Translations under genes and position numbers: made by a program | Shown: positions 12,652-28,019 of the stretch, piece by piece | Numbering within the stretch: position 1 is the stretch's first letter | How the letters are laid out: the number at the start of each line of letters is the position of its first letter | Notes under the pieces: model-generated | Seen by the model: the letters and a program-made list of their open reading frames with translations, nothing else | Told to the model about the DNA's origin: nothing | Database searches by the model: none | Source of the DNA: Macrostomum lignano | Lineage: Eukaryota | Reading direction: 5' to 3' | Length of the DNA stretch: 64,000 nucleotides | Assembly (NCBI GenBank): GCA_002269645.1 | Contig: NIVC01002324.1 | Span: 119,653-183,652, forward strand

Positions 12652-12918
12652 TCACCACCAGATCGGCTTGCTACCGGCTGCCGCAGCTGCTGCTCCTGCA
12701 CCGAAGAAGTACTCAAAGAAAGCCAGGCTGCTTTGAGGCTGCTGTTGATGTTGCTGCTGCTGCTGCTGCTGCTGCAACGCCGCAGATCCCCGGCCACCTC
12801 TGCTGCTGCCGCCGCTTCCGCCAGGGCACTTGCCCTTGCTCACGTGCAGCCTCACCTGGCCTTTGTTGGCGAACGGCCTGCTGCAGAACTGGCAGCGAAT
12901 CTTCTTTTTCGTCTGGGA

Positions 12919-12949
<31 letters not shown>

Positions 12950-14175
12950 GGCGTCGGCGGCGACGGAGACGCCTGGGCTGCTGCCGGCTCGTCGAACGCT
13001 GCCGCCGGATCTTCGCTAGCGATCGCCATCACGGATGCTGCCTCCGAGGTCGACGAAGTGGACGCCGCCGATGGCGACGCCGCAGCTGCCGCTGCTGTCG
13101 ACGATGCCGGAGCTTCTGAGAAGCCGGCAGTTTTGTCGACAAGCCGCTGCAGGCAGTACAGCGGATTGGAGTCACCGCTGCCGAGACCGGCCGGCGTTTT
13201 CGGGCCCGACGGAGCCAGGAGGTCCGGGCAGATATAGGCCGGCTGTTTGGGGGAATCCCTGGGCTGCGGTTTTGATAAAGAGGCTGGGGCTGGGGGCGGT
13301 GCGGCAGGTTTCAGCGCCGCTGCTGGTCCGGAGGCAGCGGCTGCTGGATCAGCGGCGCTGCTGATGATCTCGGCATAGTGCCGGCTGCGCACCATGTGCA
13401 TGGTGAGCTCCGGCAGGGTGCGGAAGCTTTGCCGGCAGCGGATGCAGCGCAGGATCTCCCGGGTCTGCTCCGTCTCCGAGTTGATCCACATGTCCTGGCC
13501 GCGGACCAGCTTGGGCTGCTCGCGGGCCGGTGGAGTCGTCGTCTTCGGCGGCCGCGGCGGCGGCTCGACAACAGCAGCGGAAGCCGCCAAGGCGTCCGTC
13601 GAGGCCGAGAAGTCGCCGTGCCCCGCGGCCCGCATGTGCACCGTCAGGCCGACAAGGTTGGCGAAGCGGCGGCCGCAGGAGCAGCGGAAGTCCGTCTCGC
13701 CGCTGCTCAGCCGGGCAGACTCGGCTACAGGCGTCGGCAGCGGCGGCGGCGCAGGCGGCAGCAGACGCGGCGGAGGCGGCGGCGGCATGATGGAGCTGAG
13801 GTAGGACGTCAGGCACTGGGCGTACATCGCTGCAGCTGCGGCTGCTGCCTGCCATTGACTGTCGGCGGACGGACCAACAGCTGAAGACGGCGGGTTGAGC
13901 TGCAGCATCAACTGAGAATGCTGGTGAGCTGCCAGCAGCGGCGACAGGTCCGGCGTCAGGCTGGGCGTCGGCAAAGGCTTCGCTGTCAGGTCCAGCGGCG
14001 GCGAGGCGACAGCGAAACATTCGCTGCACTCCGGTGACTCCGGCAGTCGAGGCCGCTTCTTGGGTGGCACGCAGCTGCTGATCCTTGTTGCTGCCTGGTG
14101 GACGACGCCATCAGAGCCGGCTGGTGACAGCGGCTGCGGCACCGGCCTCTTCTGGCACTGCTGATTGGCGATCAT
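12652..14175 (-). CDS. tsh: Teashirt/tiptop (TSHZ) family zinc-finger transcription factor, main coding exon (about 507 aa from ATG 14175)
   Basis: Family-diagnostic block KLVRGQDMWINSETEQTREILRCIRCRQSFRTLPELTMHMVRSRHYAEIIS; PLDLT CtBP-binding motif; NPLYCLQRLVDK helix; further fingers FRCSCGRRF..HMRAAGH and IRCQFCSRPF..HVSKGKC. A splice acceptor (tttcccag, exon from 14187) precedes the ATG, so an upstream exon is likely. Confidence 0.9.
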
Positions 14176-14949
14176 CCCGGCTGAGGTCTGGGAAAGTTGG
14201 GTGACAGAGTTATGCAAATACAACTGCAGCATGGCAAGCTGAATGTGCTGCTTTGGTTGGGTATTTAAATGTATCCTCAGCAAGACCCCGGCCAGCCAAC
14301 CACAGTAACTCTCCTGACTGCAATCTGATTCGTTCGTTCGTTTTTTTTAGTCAAGCAGCAGACCAGAGGAGAGAACAGGCGACTTCTGTCCTTGGGGCGG
14401 CGGTGCTCCGGCGGTCTCTTTCATCTTCTAGTCCAACCCCCTGCCCCCATTTGCCTTATCGAGCAGACAGAGACTCGCACGGCGGCAGGGGGGGGGGGCG
14501 ACCGCTGCTGTCAAAAACTGAAACCCCCTCTTTGTGTTGCCTCTCGGGCCCGGCTGATATGACAGAATGGAATTAATTGTTAACAGGCTTGCAAATGCTG
14601 GGGGTGGGGGGCAAGCCAGAAAAAACAGGCCAAAGCAGACAGAGAACAGAGTCAAAAATGCTCAAAGCCCTGCTCTCCGACAGTCAAGTCAACAAGCTGC
14701 GTTACTGAAGGGGTTGGTCATAAATCAACTTGGAAATTCTTCTTTTTTTCATGGTCGACAGAAAGCAAAGCAACTTTTGTGTTGCCCGGTCTACTCGGCT
14801 CGAGGCGGTGCTGTGTTGGTACGGTTAAATTAATGATTAAACCACGGAATTGGTTGCTGTCTGGCGTTGCCTGAGTTTGCAATTCAATTTTAAGATGCTG
14901 GAGCGAGGTGGGCACCTTAATAAGGTAGCGGGTATCAGGGTTTGAATTT

Positions 14950-15830
14950 TTTGTGGCATAGAAATCGGGTGCTTGTGTCATAGAAATCGGGAGTTGTGGC
15001 ATAGAAATCGGGTGTTGTGGCATAAGAAATCGGGAGTTGTGGCATAGAAATCGGGTGTTGTGGCATAAGAAATCGGGAGTTGTGGCATAGAAATCGGGAG
15101 TTGTGGCATAAACATCGGGAGTTGTGGCATAGAAATCGGGTGTTGTGGCATAAGAAATCGGGAGTTGTGGCATAAGAAATCGGGAGTTGTGGCATAAGAA
15201 ATCGGGAGTTGTGGCATAGAAATCGGGAGTTGTGGCATAGAAATCGGGTGCTTGTGGCATAGAAATCGGGAGTTGTGGCATAAACATCGGGTGCTGTGGC
15301 ATAGAAATCGGGTGCTTGTGGCATAAACATCGGGTGTTGTGGCATAGAAATCGGGTGCTTGTGGCATAGAAATCGGGTGCTTGTGGCATAGAAATCGAGA
15401 GTTGTGGCATAGAAATCGGGAGTTGTGGCATAGAAATCGGGAGTTGTGGCATAGAAATCGGGAGTTGTGGCATAGAAATCGGGAGTTGTGGCATAGAAAT
15501 CGGGAGTTGTGGCATAGAAATCGGGAGTTGTGGCATAGAAATCGGGAGTTGTGGCATAGAAATCGGGAGTTGTGTCATAGAAATCGGGTGCTTGTGGCAT
15601 AGAAATCGGGAGTTGTGTCATAGAAATCGGGTGCTTGTGTCATAGAAATCGGGTGCTTGTGTCATAGAAATCGGGTGCTTGTGTCATAGAAATCGGGTGC
15701 TTGTGTCATAGAAATCGGGTGCTTGTGTCATAGAAATCGGGAGTTGTGGCATAGAAATCGGGTGTTGTGGCATAGAAATCGGGTGCTGTGGCATAGAAAT
15801 CGGGTGTTGTGGCATAGAAATCGGGTGCAG
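14950..15830. repeat. 21-bp minisatellite TGGCATAGAAATCGGGAGTTG
   Basis: About 40 copies with 22-bp variants; yields spurious MPQLPIS-repeat ORFs. Confidence 0.92.
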
Positions 15831-16239
15831 GGATCAGAATGAAAAAGCAGTTATTTAATGAACAGATCTTGTCCATCAAAATGTTTGCGCTGAAAGAAGA
15901 ATTAGGTCAAGCATTGTGTTTCTGTGACACTAAGGGCAAAGGCTGGTACACCAGAAGTGAAGCTGCAGGATCCAATCACTCCACACATTCAGTCAGATCG
16001 TGAGAAAAGTCTGTCAGCACGAACTGTCTGCACGGCATGGCAGCTATTCGGCACCAACTCGAATATCTTCATCCGCCAAGCATCCCCCGGGGTTCCCACG
16101 CGTATAACAATGCGATGCGACTGAATTCTGGCTTTGTTTGTTTATGAATGTTGACTCTGCTGTTGCCTGTAATTGCGACTGTGGAACCCAGATAGAGAGT
16201 TTGTGTGTCCGGCTTCATGCTTACATTTGATTTAGGTGT

Positions 16240-16640
16240 AAATTAGGGGTAGATTGGGAGAGACTGGGTAGATTTGGAGGGACTGGGGTAGATTGGAAGA
16301 GACTGGGGTAGATTGGGAGAGATTGGGGTAGATTGGGAGAGACTGGGGTAGATTTGGAGGGACTGGGGTAGATTGGAAGAGACTGGGGTAGATTGGGAGA
16401 GATTGGGGTAGATTATGGGAGACAGTGGGTAGATTTTCGGAGACAAAGGTAGATTGGGAGAGACTGGGGTAGACTGGGGTAGATTGGGAGAGGCTAGGGT
16501 AGATTGGGAGAGACTGTGAGTAGATTTTTGGAGACTAAGGTAGATTGGGAGAGACTGTGGGTAGATTTTGGGAGATTAAGGTAGATTGGGAGAGACTGGG
16601 GTAGACTGGGGTAGACTGGGGGAGACTGGGGTAGACTGGG
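16240..16640. repeat. G-rich 20-bp minisatellite GGGGTAGATTGGGAGAGACT
   Basis: Direct reading; degenerate copies. Confidence 0.85.
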
Positions 16641-17226
16641 GTATAGTATATTGGTAGGCAGGGGTAGATTACTAGTGAGTAGATTGGCAGAGACAGGGGT
16701 AGATTGTTAAACTATTAAATTATTTTCTTCGTATCAGTTTCATTTCATATTGAACTGAAGTATATTTTAGCATATCTTTAACTGCAAACACCCTAGGCTT
16801 GCACTTGCGAGCAGGCTAAGCAGTTTTATGACATGATTGCTCAAAATGCCTCCAGCCACTACTGTTTGCGGCGCTACGGCTCTGCCGTTATCTATCAAAG
16901 GCGTGCCGCGCTGTTTGAAATTGATTACAGCTGTGCAAAGAAGTGTCTGCGTGCGCATAGAGGGTAAACAGCGAAGTTCTCTGCAGTGTCTACTCTCGTA
17001 ATCTCAAGTATGTTCTGTCAGGCTGCAGAGATTCACAAAATTCCTGTCTGTATAGAAATCTTATCACATTGGTTGAGAGCCGAAGCCATGCTATAATTTA
17101 CGATGCGCTTGACAATTTTGCGACTGTCTCAAAAGCACTTTGACCGGCAGGCAGGTTGTGGATGTACCGCACGCAAAAATAATTATCCTTGGTCATTGGG
17201 ACCGGCTGCTGAATCGAAACAGATGC

Positions 17227-18795
<1,569 letters not shown>

Positions 18796-19436
18796 TTGGG
18801 AGAGACTGGGGTAGACTGGGGTAGACTGGGGGAGACTGGGGTAGACTGGGGTATAGTATATTGGTAGGCAGGGGTAGATTACTAGTGAGTAGATTGGCAG
18901 AGACAGGGGTAGATTGTTAAACTATTAAATTATTTTCTTCGTATCAGTTTCATTTCATATTGAACTGAAGTATATTTTAGCATATCTTTAACTGCAAACA
19001 CCCTAGGCTTGCACTTGCGAGCAGGCTAAGCAGTTTTATGACATGATTGCTCAAAATGCCTCCAGCCACTACTGTTTGCGGCGCTACGGCTCTGCCGTTA
19101 TCTATCAAAGGCGTGCCGCGCTGTTTGAAATTGATTACAGCTGTGCAAAGAAGTGTCTGCGTGCGCATAGAGGGTAAACAGCGAAGTTCTCTGCAGTGTC
19201 TACTCTCGTAATCTCAAGTATGTTCTGTCAGGCTGCAGAGATTCACAAAATTCCTGTCTGTATAGAAATCTTATCACATTGGTTGAGAGCCGAAGCCATG
19301 CTATAATTTACGATGCGCTTGACAATTTTGCGACTGTCTCAAAAGCACTTTGACCGGCAGGCAGGTTGTGGATGTACCGCACGCAAAAATAATTATCCTT
19401 GGTCATTGGGACCGGCTGCTGAATCGAAACAGATGC

Positions 19437-21238
<1,802 letters not shown>

Positions 21239-22189
21239 GGACTGACTGACGGACTCTCACTCACCTCTCTCTGTCGAGTTGCTTTTATCAAATGAATCCG
21301 GAGGTCAGAAAATGAAGTAGTTTCTGCTCACAAATATCCAATCTTTGAGTTAAAACTGCAAGCTGGTTACAGCGCTTGAGCTGTGAAAAATTTTAAACTA
21401 AAGACTGAGTTCCAAAGCGCTAAATTGTGAGATAGGAGGCAGTTAGTTGGTCGGCATGGCGGTTTTAAAGACACACAGGGCCGGGTCCTTATTGGGTGTC
21501 CCCGGTCCACTGCATGGGCGGTAGAGATCAATCGCCAACCCCAGCCAAGGAGGCCGAGAACCGGAATCTGGAGGAGCATCCGATCCAGCTACATTTTCAG
21601 ACAAGAGGTGTTAGCCAAACTTCATGTTGATAAATAAGAATGAGTTGCTGCTCCAAGTTCTGGTTCTGGGACTCCATGGCTCTGCTCCCCATTACCCTTA
21701 CTCCTTCCTCACTGACAGCCACTTGTTCCCGCGTGTTTCTTCATGCCCCGTCTGTCTCTCCGCGGGTACCCGGGGTTGGCTTTATGACCAGTTCACCGCA
21801 TATACTGCCTGATATATTACTTCTGGAAGGGAGGTTATCAATTTGGAGGTTGGGGTGGGTGAGTGATTTATGATTTATGATGCCGCCTCTACCTCCCCCC
21901 GTGTGCTGTCTGCACGCCTCCGCAAATGCCGCTCTATTAAGATCGTAAAACCGTAAAGCCCCATGCTCTTAGCGCAGCTATGTTCAATTTTGAGAACTTG
22001 AGAAGTCACTTCTCTCTCCGGGTGCCATTATTTTTAGTTTTTATGATAGATTGCAAGCTATAAATGTTTATAGGACTTACTCGCACAGTATTAGCATTAG
22101 CGCGCATGAAACAGCTGTTTATGCAAAAGCAAGATGAACTCAGAAGAATGCCCTGCGTGAGAACTGTCTAGCTATAGGAGAACGGATGC

Positions 22190-22900
22190 AGTTGTTGAGA
22201 GATTCTCGTGAGATTTGTTGGGAGATTCTCGTGAGATTTGTTGAGAGATTCTCGTGAGATTTGTTGAGAGATTCTCGTGAGATTTGTTGAGAGATTCTCG
22301 TGAGATTTGTTGAGAGATTCTCGTGAGATTTGTATGGAGATTCTCATGAGACTAATAGTGAAATTCTAATGAGATTTGTTGGGAGATTCTCATGAGATTT
22401 ATATGGAGATTCTCATGAGACTAATGGTGAGATTCTAATGAGATTTGGAGGAAATTCTCATGAGATTTGTGAAGAGATTCTCATGAGATTTGTGGGGAGA
22501 TTCTCTTGAGATTTGTGAGGAGAGATGCTCACAAGATTTTGGGGAGATTCTCGTGAGATTTGTGGAGAGAGTGTGTGGGGATTCTGAGTAGAGTGTGTGG
22601 GAGATTCTGAGTAGAGTGTGTGAGAGATTCTGAGTAGAGTGTGTGGGGATTCTGAGTAGAGTGTGTGAGAGATTCTGAGTAGAGTGTGTGGGGATTCTGA
22701 GTAGAGTGTGTGGGAGATTCTGAGTAGATTGTGTGGGAGATTCTGAGTAGAGTGTGTGGGGATTCTGAGTAGAGTGTGTGGGGATTCTGAGTAGAGTGTG
22801 TGGGGATTCTGAGTAGAGTGTGTGGGGATTCTGAGTAGAGTGTGTGGGAGATTTTGAGTCGAGTGTGTGGGAGATTCTGAGTAGAGCGTGTGGGGATCCT
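22190..22900. repeat. Two adjacent 22-23-bp minisatellites (GAGATTTGTTGAGAGATTCTCGT; GAGTAGAGTGTGTGGGGATTCT)
   Basis: Direct reading; both units share GATTCT. Confidence 0.88.
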
Positions 22901-23364
22901 GAGTGCATCTGAGAGCTGCTTCCCAAATTTTGGGAAGTCCTGTCCTATGAAACTTCGCACTGCAAATATTTCTATTACGACAAAGTATTTGTTTACATAC
23001 GAGCAATCATGGCAGATCAGAGAGAACTTCCATCCAATGTTTAGCCCGCGCTACACCTCGACTCTCCGCGGGTGGCATCAAAAGACGCGGACCGAATTCA
23101 AAAATGGAAAGTGAAATGGCACTTGGATCAAACAGAAGTTTTTTATTGCGCATTATAGATTGGCAGCTAAGATAAGAGTGACTGCCCCCACTGCAGTCTG
23201 AGGTAGGCAGAGAAGGAATTTCCAGGAATTCGGTAGGTTTAGGCCGTTAAATTGGGGTGCTGAAGTTGCTGACTAGAGGGTGACTCACTCAGGCAGCTTC
23301 GCGCGAAAACCTTGGCTTGAAATTTATCAACTGTCTGCATTTATAAATACTTGCTGTAAGTTGT

Positions 23365-26300
23365 TGTCTTAATTTATTTGCACCACGGTGCAGATAAATG
23401 CCGCTACCTCCTCGTGGTGAGAGCGGAGAGCCGCGCTTAACTGCTGCGGCGGCCAAATGCGGCAGGACCAAGCGAGGGCAGCGGAGCGCGCGTCGGCGAG
23501 TCGAACGCCGTCGCGAGCGAAACTGGCGAGGTCGGCAACGTGGTGCCGCCCGCCGAGCTGCTGCTGCGCTGGCCCAATTGGATCTTCCGGGTGGCGCCGG
23601 GGACCATGAGGCTCACCAGCACCGAGCCCCAGCCGTACCAGAGGGCACGCTTCGGGTCGGGACGCTGAACTGCCGCACTCTCAAGGCCACATGGCGGAGA
23701 GGGCTGCTGGCGAGGCTAGCACTCGACCTCAGATGTGATGTCATCGCACTACAGGAGGTGTCTATCAGAGCCGACCCCGGACTTCACTGTGAGGACCTGG
23801 GCGCCGGTTGGACACTCTGGTACACCTCAGCGGATGAGCGAGGCCGTGGAGGAGTTGGAGCGCTGATCGGACCGAGGCTGCAGCAGAGCTGTCGCTGCGT
23901 CTCCCTGTCTTCTCGGCTGCTTCGGGTCGACGTCCGGCTTCGCGGCCGGAACGCCCGCCTGTTCTGCGCGTACGCGCCGCCTGCTACCCGCTCCGATGAG
24001 ACTCAGGCCTTCTTCGAGCAACTCTCGGTGCGGGTGGAGGAGATGGCGCAACGTGACACAGTGGTCATTCTCGGAGACCTGAACGCAGTTCTGCGTAGGT
24101 CCGAGCGATCGCTGTTCGTGACAGCGCGCGAGAATGGCAACACCGGAGCGCTAGAGGACTTCCTGGAGAGACAGGACATGGTGTCGGCCAACACCAGATT
24201 CCGCAAGTCACCGGGCAGGCTCGCGACCTTCGTGGGCTGCAAGCGGAGGCGGCGGAACGCGCGCGGCCGGAACGCTACGCGAAGGCTGGCACAGCTCGAC
24301 CACGTGCTTGTGCGCTTTCGTGAGCGCCGCCGCGTCACCAACTGCCGCACCATTACGCCGCTGGCTCTGCGGTCCGACCATCGGCTGCTCATCTGCGACC
24401 TTCGGCTTCGGGACCCGCTCTACCGTCCGCCAAAGCGGCCACCGCGGCACTACTACCGCGCGCTCAGGGACGCCGAGACGCGACGTCGCTTTGCCGGTGC
24501 CTTTGTCACTGCGCTGGGCGACAAGCGTGGAGGAGCCGAGTACGCGGAGGTGAGCGCTGCAGTTCGAGCCGCTGCGGAGCAAGCAGTCCCGCTGATGCGA
24601 CCGGCCCAGCGCGGGCAGCCGGTCTGGCAGGACGACCCCGCGATCGACGAAGCGAGGGAAGATCTGGAGAGGCTCCGTCTGAGTGGGCGGCAAACTCGCG
24701 AGGCGGAGGAGGCTCTGGCGGCTGTCTACCTGCAGCGGCAGCAGTCCGCTGTCGATGACGCCATCCAAGCCGTCTCTGCCGCAGGGCCCGATGCCAGAGG
24801 GCGCGTGGCCTGGTCCGTCATCAACACTCTGACGGGGCGAAAGCGGCGCATTGCGCTCAACCTGGCAGGCGACACTCCGGATGAGCGCAGGAACGAGCTG
24901 CGCAAGTTCTTCGCCGCCATTGTCAACGCGCCGCCCCCTCCGCTTCCAGAAAATCTGAGGCTGCCGCCGGAGACGCCGTTGCCGGCGGAGGAGAGCTTCA
25001 ACGTTGCCCCAGTCAGCACAGCCGACGTTGTGAAGTTCGCTCGGCAGTCGCCGGGCGGCAAAGCGCTTGGTCCGGACGAGGTGCCCACCGAGGCGCTGCG
25101 GATCCACTGCGTGGCCACTGAGGTCGCCAGAGTGATGAACCGCGTGCTTTCCGGTGAGGTGGCGCCAAACGAATGGACCACGGCGCACATCGTCGCCATT
25201 CCAAAGAAGCCGGGCACCACCAAGCTCGAGGAGCATCGAGGCATCTGCCTACAGTCCTGCGCCGCGAAGCTGTTCAACCGCATGCTGCTATCGCGGCTAC
25301 AGCCTGTGCTGGACCCGTACCTGCGGCCTGAGCAGAACGGATTCCGGCCCCATCGCGGCACAGTGACGCAGATCCTGGCTCTTCGGCGAGTCATCGAGGA
25401 GGCGCGCATCCGCCAGTTGACCCTGATCCTGATCTTCGTCGATTTCAGGAAGGCCTTCGACTCGGTCGTGAGGGACGCGCTCCCAGAGGTGCTCCGTGCG
25501 TACAACGTGCCAGAGCTGCTGATTTCTGCTGTCATGGCGCTGTACCACGGCACGACGGCTGCTGTCTCAACACCGGACGGCCTATCGGATTTCTTCGAGA
25601 CATCCTCCGGGGTGCTCCAGGGAGATACGCTAGCGCCGTTCCTATTTATTCTGGTGCTTGACTGGGTGCTGCGGACTGCTCTGCCTTCCAACGACGACGG
25701 CTTCCTGCTGCGGCGACGTGTGGGTCGACGCCAACCGGAGAGACGGCTCAGCGTGCTTGGCTACGCCGATGACCTCGCCCTGCTGTCCTCGACCGTCGAG
25801 GGCGCCCAACGACAGCTGGATAGGCTGGTTGCCGTTGCGGCGAGCGTCGGCCTGGTGGTCAACACGCAGAAGACCGTCGTGCTATGCGTGCCGGACGACA
25901 CCGAGGCTGCAATCTTCTGCCGAGGCGCTGACGGACAGGCGAGTGAGCTTCCAAGATGTCAGCAGTTCGTCTACCTCGGCGGTCTGGTTCCCGACGTTCG
26001 CGAGGATCTGCGGCGTCGCCGAGGACTTGCCTGGGCTGCCTTTCGTTCTATAAGGTCAGTCCTGCAGTCCGAGGCCCTACCGGACCGCCAGAGGGCGGCG
26101 CTGTTCCAGGCGGTGATCGAGACCGTCCTGTTATACAACGCCGAGACCTGGACGCTGACAGACTCGCTCGAGGCTCAAGTCGACGCGGCGCACGCTGGCC
26201 TGCTGCGCGCCGCCTTCAAGATCGGCAACGAGCGAGTCACCAACACGGCGCTCTATCATCGCGCCGGCCTGGCCCGTCCTAGCGATCTGCTGCGCCGTCG

Positions 26301-26558
26301 GCGACTCCAGCTGGCAGGCCACGTCATCCGCGCCGAGGCCTACTGTCCGGAGCCGGTGCAGGAGGTGCTGCTACTTACGTTGCAGGCACCCTACCGGCGG
26401 GGACAAGCGAGGACACGGCGCTACGTCGACTGTCTGCTGGCTGACGCCGGCGCCCCGGACTCTGCCGGCGGTGCGGCCTTTGTTCGCGCCCAGGCTTCGA
26501 AGCGTGCCATCTGACGTTGCTTTTGTGATCCGGCAGCGTACTCTGTTGTTGTTGTTGT
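23365..26558 (+). mobile_element. RTE-clade non-LTR retrotransposon, apparently intact
   Basis: Single APE+RT ORF, short 3'UTR ending in a (GTT)n tail (26545-26558), candidate TSD TGTAAGTTGT (23355-23364, 26559-26568). Single ORF plus tandem-repeat tail is typical of the RTE clade. Confidence 0.88.
23398..26514 (+). CDS. AP-endonuclease / reverse transcriptase polyprotein (1038 aa)
   Basis: APE motifs GTLNCRTL, LQEV, AYAP, GDLNA, LDHVLV, SDHRLL; RT motifs EQNGFR, FVDFRKAFDSV, GVLQGDTLAPFLF, YADD; no stops or frameshifts. Confidence 0.95.
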   Translation: MPLPPRGESGEPRLTAAAAKCGRTKRGQRSARRRVERRRERNWRGRQRGAARRAAAALAQLDLPGGAGDHEAHQHRAPAVPEGTLRVGTLNCRTLKATWRRGLLARLALDLRCDVIALQEVSIRADPGLHCEDLGAGWTLWYTSADERGRGGVGALIGPRLQQSCRCVSLSSRLLRVDVRLRGRNARLFCAYAPPATRSDETQAFFEQLSVRVEEMAQRDTVVILGDLNAVLRRSERSLFVTARENGNTGALEDFLERQDMVSANTRFRKSPGRLATFVGCKRRRRNARGRNATRRLAQLDHVLVRFRERRRVTNCRTITPLALRSDHRLLICDLRLRDPLYRPPKRPPRHYYRALRDAETRRRFAGAFVTALGDKRGGAEYAEVSAAVRAAAEQAVPLMRPAQRGQPVWQDDPAIDEAREDLERLRLSGRQTREAEEALAAVYLQRQQSAVDDAIQAVSAAGPDARGRVAWSVINTLTGRKRRIALNLAGDTPDERRNELRKFFAAIVNAPPPPLPENLRLPPETPLPAEESFNVAPVSTADVVKFARQSPGGKALGPDEVPTEALRIHCVATEVARVMNRVLSGEVAPNEWTTAHIVAIPKKPGTTKLEEHRGICLQSCAAKLFNRMLLSRLQPVLDPYLRPEQNGFRPHRGTVTQILALRRVIEEARIRQLTLILIFVDFRKAFDSVVRDALPEVLRAYNVPELLISAVMALYHGTTAAVSTPDGLSDFFETSSGVLQGDTLAPFLFILVLDWVLRTALPSNDDGFLLRRRVGRRQPERRLSVLGYADDLALLSSTVEGAQRQLDRLVAVAASVGLVVNTQKTVVLCVPDDTEAAIFCRGADGQASELPRCQQFVYLGGLVPDVREDLRRRRGLAWAAFRSIRSVLQSEALPDRQRAALFQAVIETVLLYNAETWTLTDSLEAQVDAAHAGLLRAAFKIGNERVTNTALYHRAGLARPSDLLRRRRLQLAGHVIRAEAYCPEPVQEVLLLTLQAPYRRGQARTRRYVDCLLADAGAPDSAGGAAFVRAQASKRAI

Positions 26559-26739
26559 TGTAAGTTGTAAGTAATTCTTTAGCACAAATTGCAGTGCAGG
26601 CTAGGCGTTTACATTACCAGTTAACGCCGTTCGTCAGAGTCTAAATTGATGCTATGTTTGCGATTACCAAGGGAGGCGATCGGAAACAGAAGGTCGTGTT
26701 TTATGAGCTATGACTAGCCTGATGCTACTAAATAATATT

Positions 26740-27400
26740 TTGGCACCTAAATGATCACTTTGGCGACTAAATAATCACTTTGGCGACTAAATACTCACTT
26801 TGGCGACTAAATACTCACTTTGGCGACTAAATAATCACTTTGGTGACTAAATAATCACTTTGGCGACTAAATACTCACTTTGGCGACTAAATAATCACTT
26901 TGGCGACTAAATTATATTTTGGCACCTAAATAATCACTTTGGCGACTAAATAATCGCTTTGGCGACTAAATAATCACTTTGGAGCCTAAATAATCACTTA
27001 GGCGACTAAATAATCACTTTGGCGACTAAATAATCACTTTGGCGACTCAATAATCACTTTGGCGACTAAATAATCACTTTGGTGACTAAATTATATTTTG
27101 GCACCTAAATAATCACTTTGGCGACTAAATAATCGCTTTGGCGACTAAATAATCACTTTGGAGCCTAAATAATCACTTAGGCGACTAAATAATCACTTTG
27201 GCGACTAAATAATCACTTAGGCGACTAAATAATCACTTTGGCGACTAAATAATCACTTTGGCGACTAAATAACCGCTTTGGCGACTAAATAATCACTTTG
27301 GCGACTAAATAATCACTTTGGCGACTAAATAATCGCTTTGGCGACTAAATAATCACTTTGGAGCCTAAATAATCACTTAGGCGACTAAATAATCACTTTG
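26740..27400. repeat. 20-bp minisatellite TGGCGACTAAATAATCACTT
   Basis: About 33 copies read directly. Confidence 0.92.
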
Positions 27401-28019
27401 CTTTATTGTGTCTTTATTGACAGGCTGATATTTCAGTTTAATGCCGTGCAAACTGTGAATTATAAGGGCCTTTTGTCGATCTACTTTGCCTAGAGATGTT
27501 TGTGCATTTCAACAGCAAAATCTGCAGTCAGGTCTGACATTTCTGATGACGCAGTACCAGGAGATAGGAGATGGTTTCTCTCCTCGACAATCAACATTGC
27601 CATGATTCAGTGTAGCTTTCATAGTGAATTTCGATAAAGTTTTGAACCCAGAACTTCATAAATGTCATCGAAAGAAGACGAGCCATGCAGCGCCTCATCG
27701 CTACATATTTTATTTCTTGCTATAATTCTGCTTATATTATTGCTCTGTCTGGCAGTAAACTTACAGTAAACAGAAACTGTTTCCAAAGCTTTCTACGGAG
27801 TTTAAAAAGATGCAGAAAAAAACGTGAATATGCGCATCTAACTCCCCTGGCAACTTTGGAATTGCGAGTTTCTGTCTATATTGTACTGTTGCACTCGATA
27901 AGCACCTGTACACAATCTTAGTCCTAAACAACCAAGCATTGACTGCGCGCCAACATTCTTTAATTAGCTGCTTTACAGAACCATAGATAAATCAAGTCCA
28001 CTCAGCCCAATACTCAGTC

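Noticed and set aside
12733-14029. Plus-strand and alternate-frame ORFs over tsh
   Set aside because: Shadow ORFs of a GC-rich coding exon; no motifs.
23437-26322. Antisense and alternate-frame ORFs inside the LINE
   Set aside because: GC-rich shadows of the APE-RT ORF.
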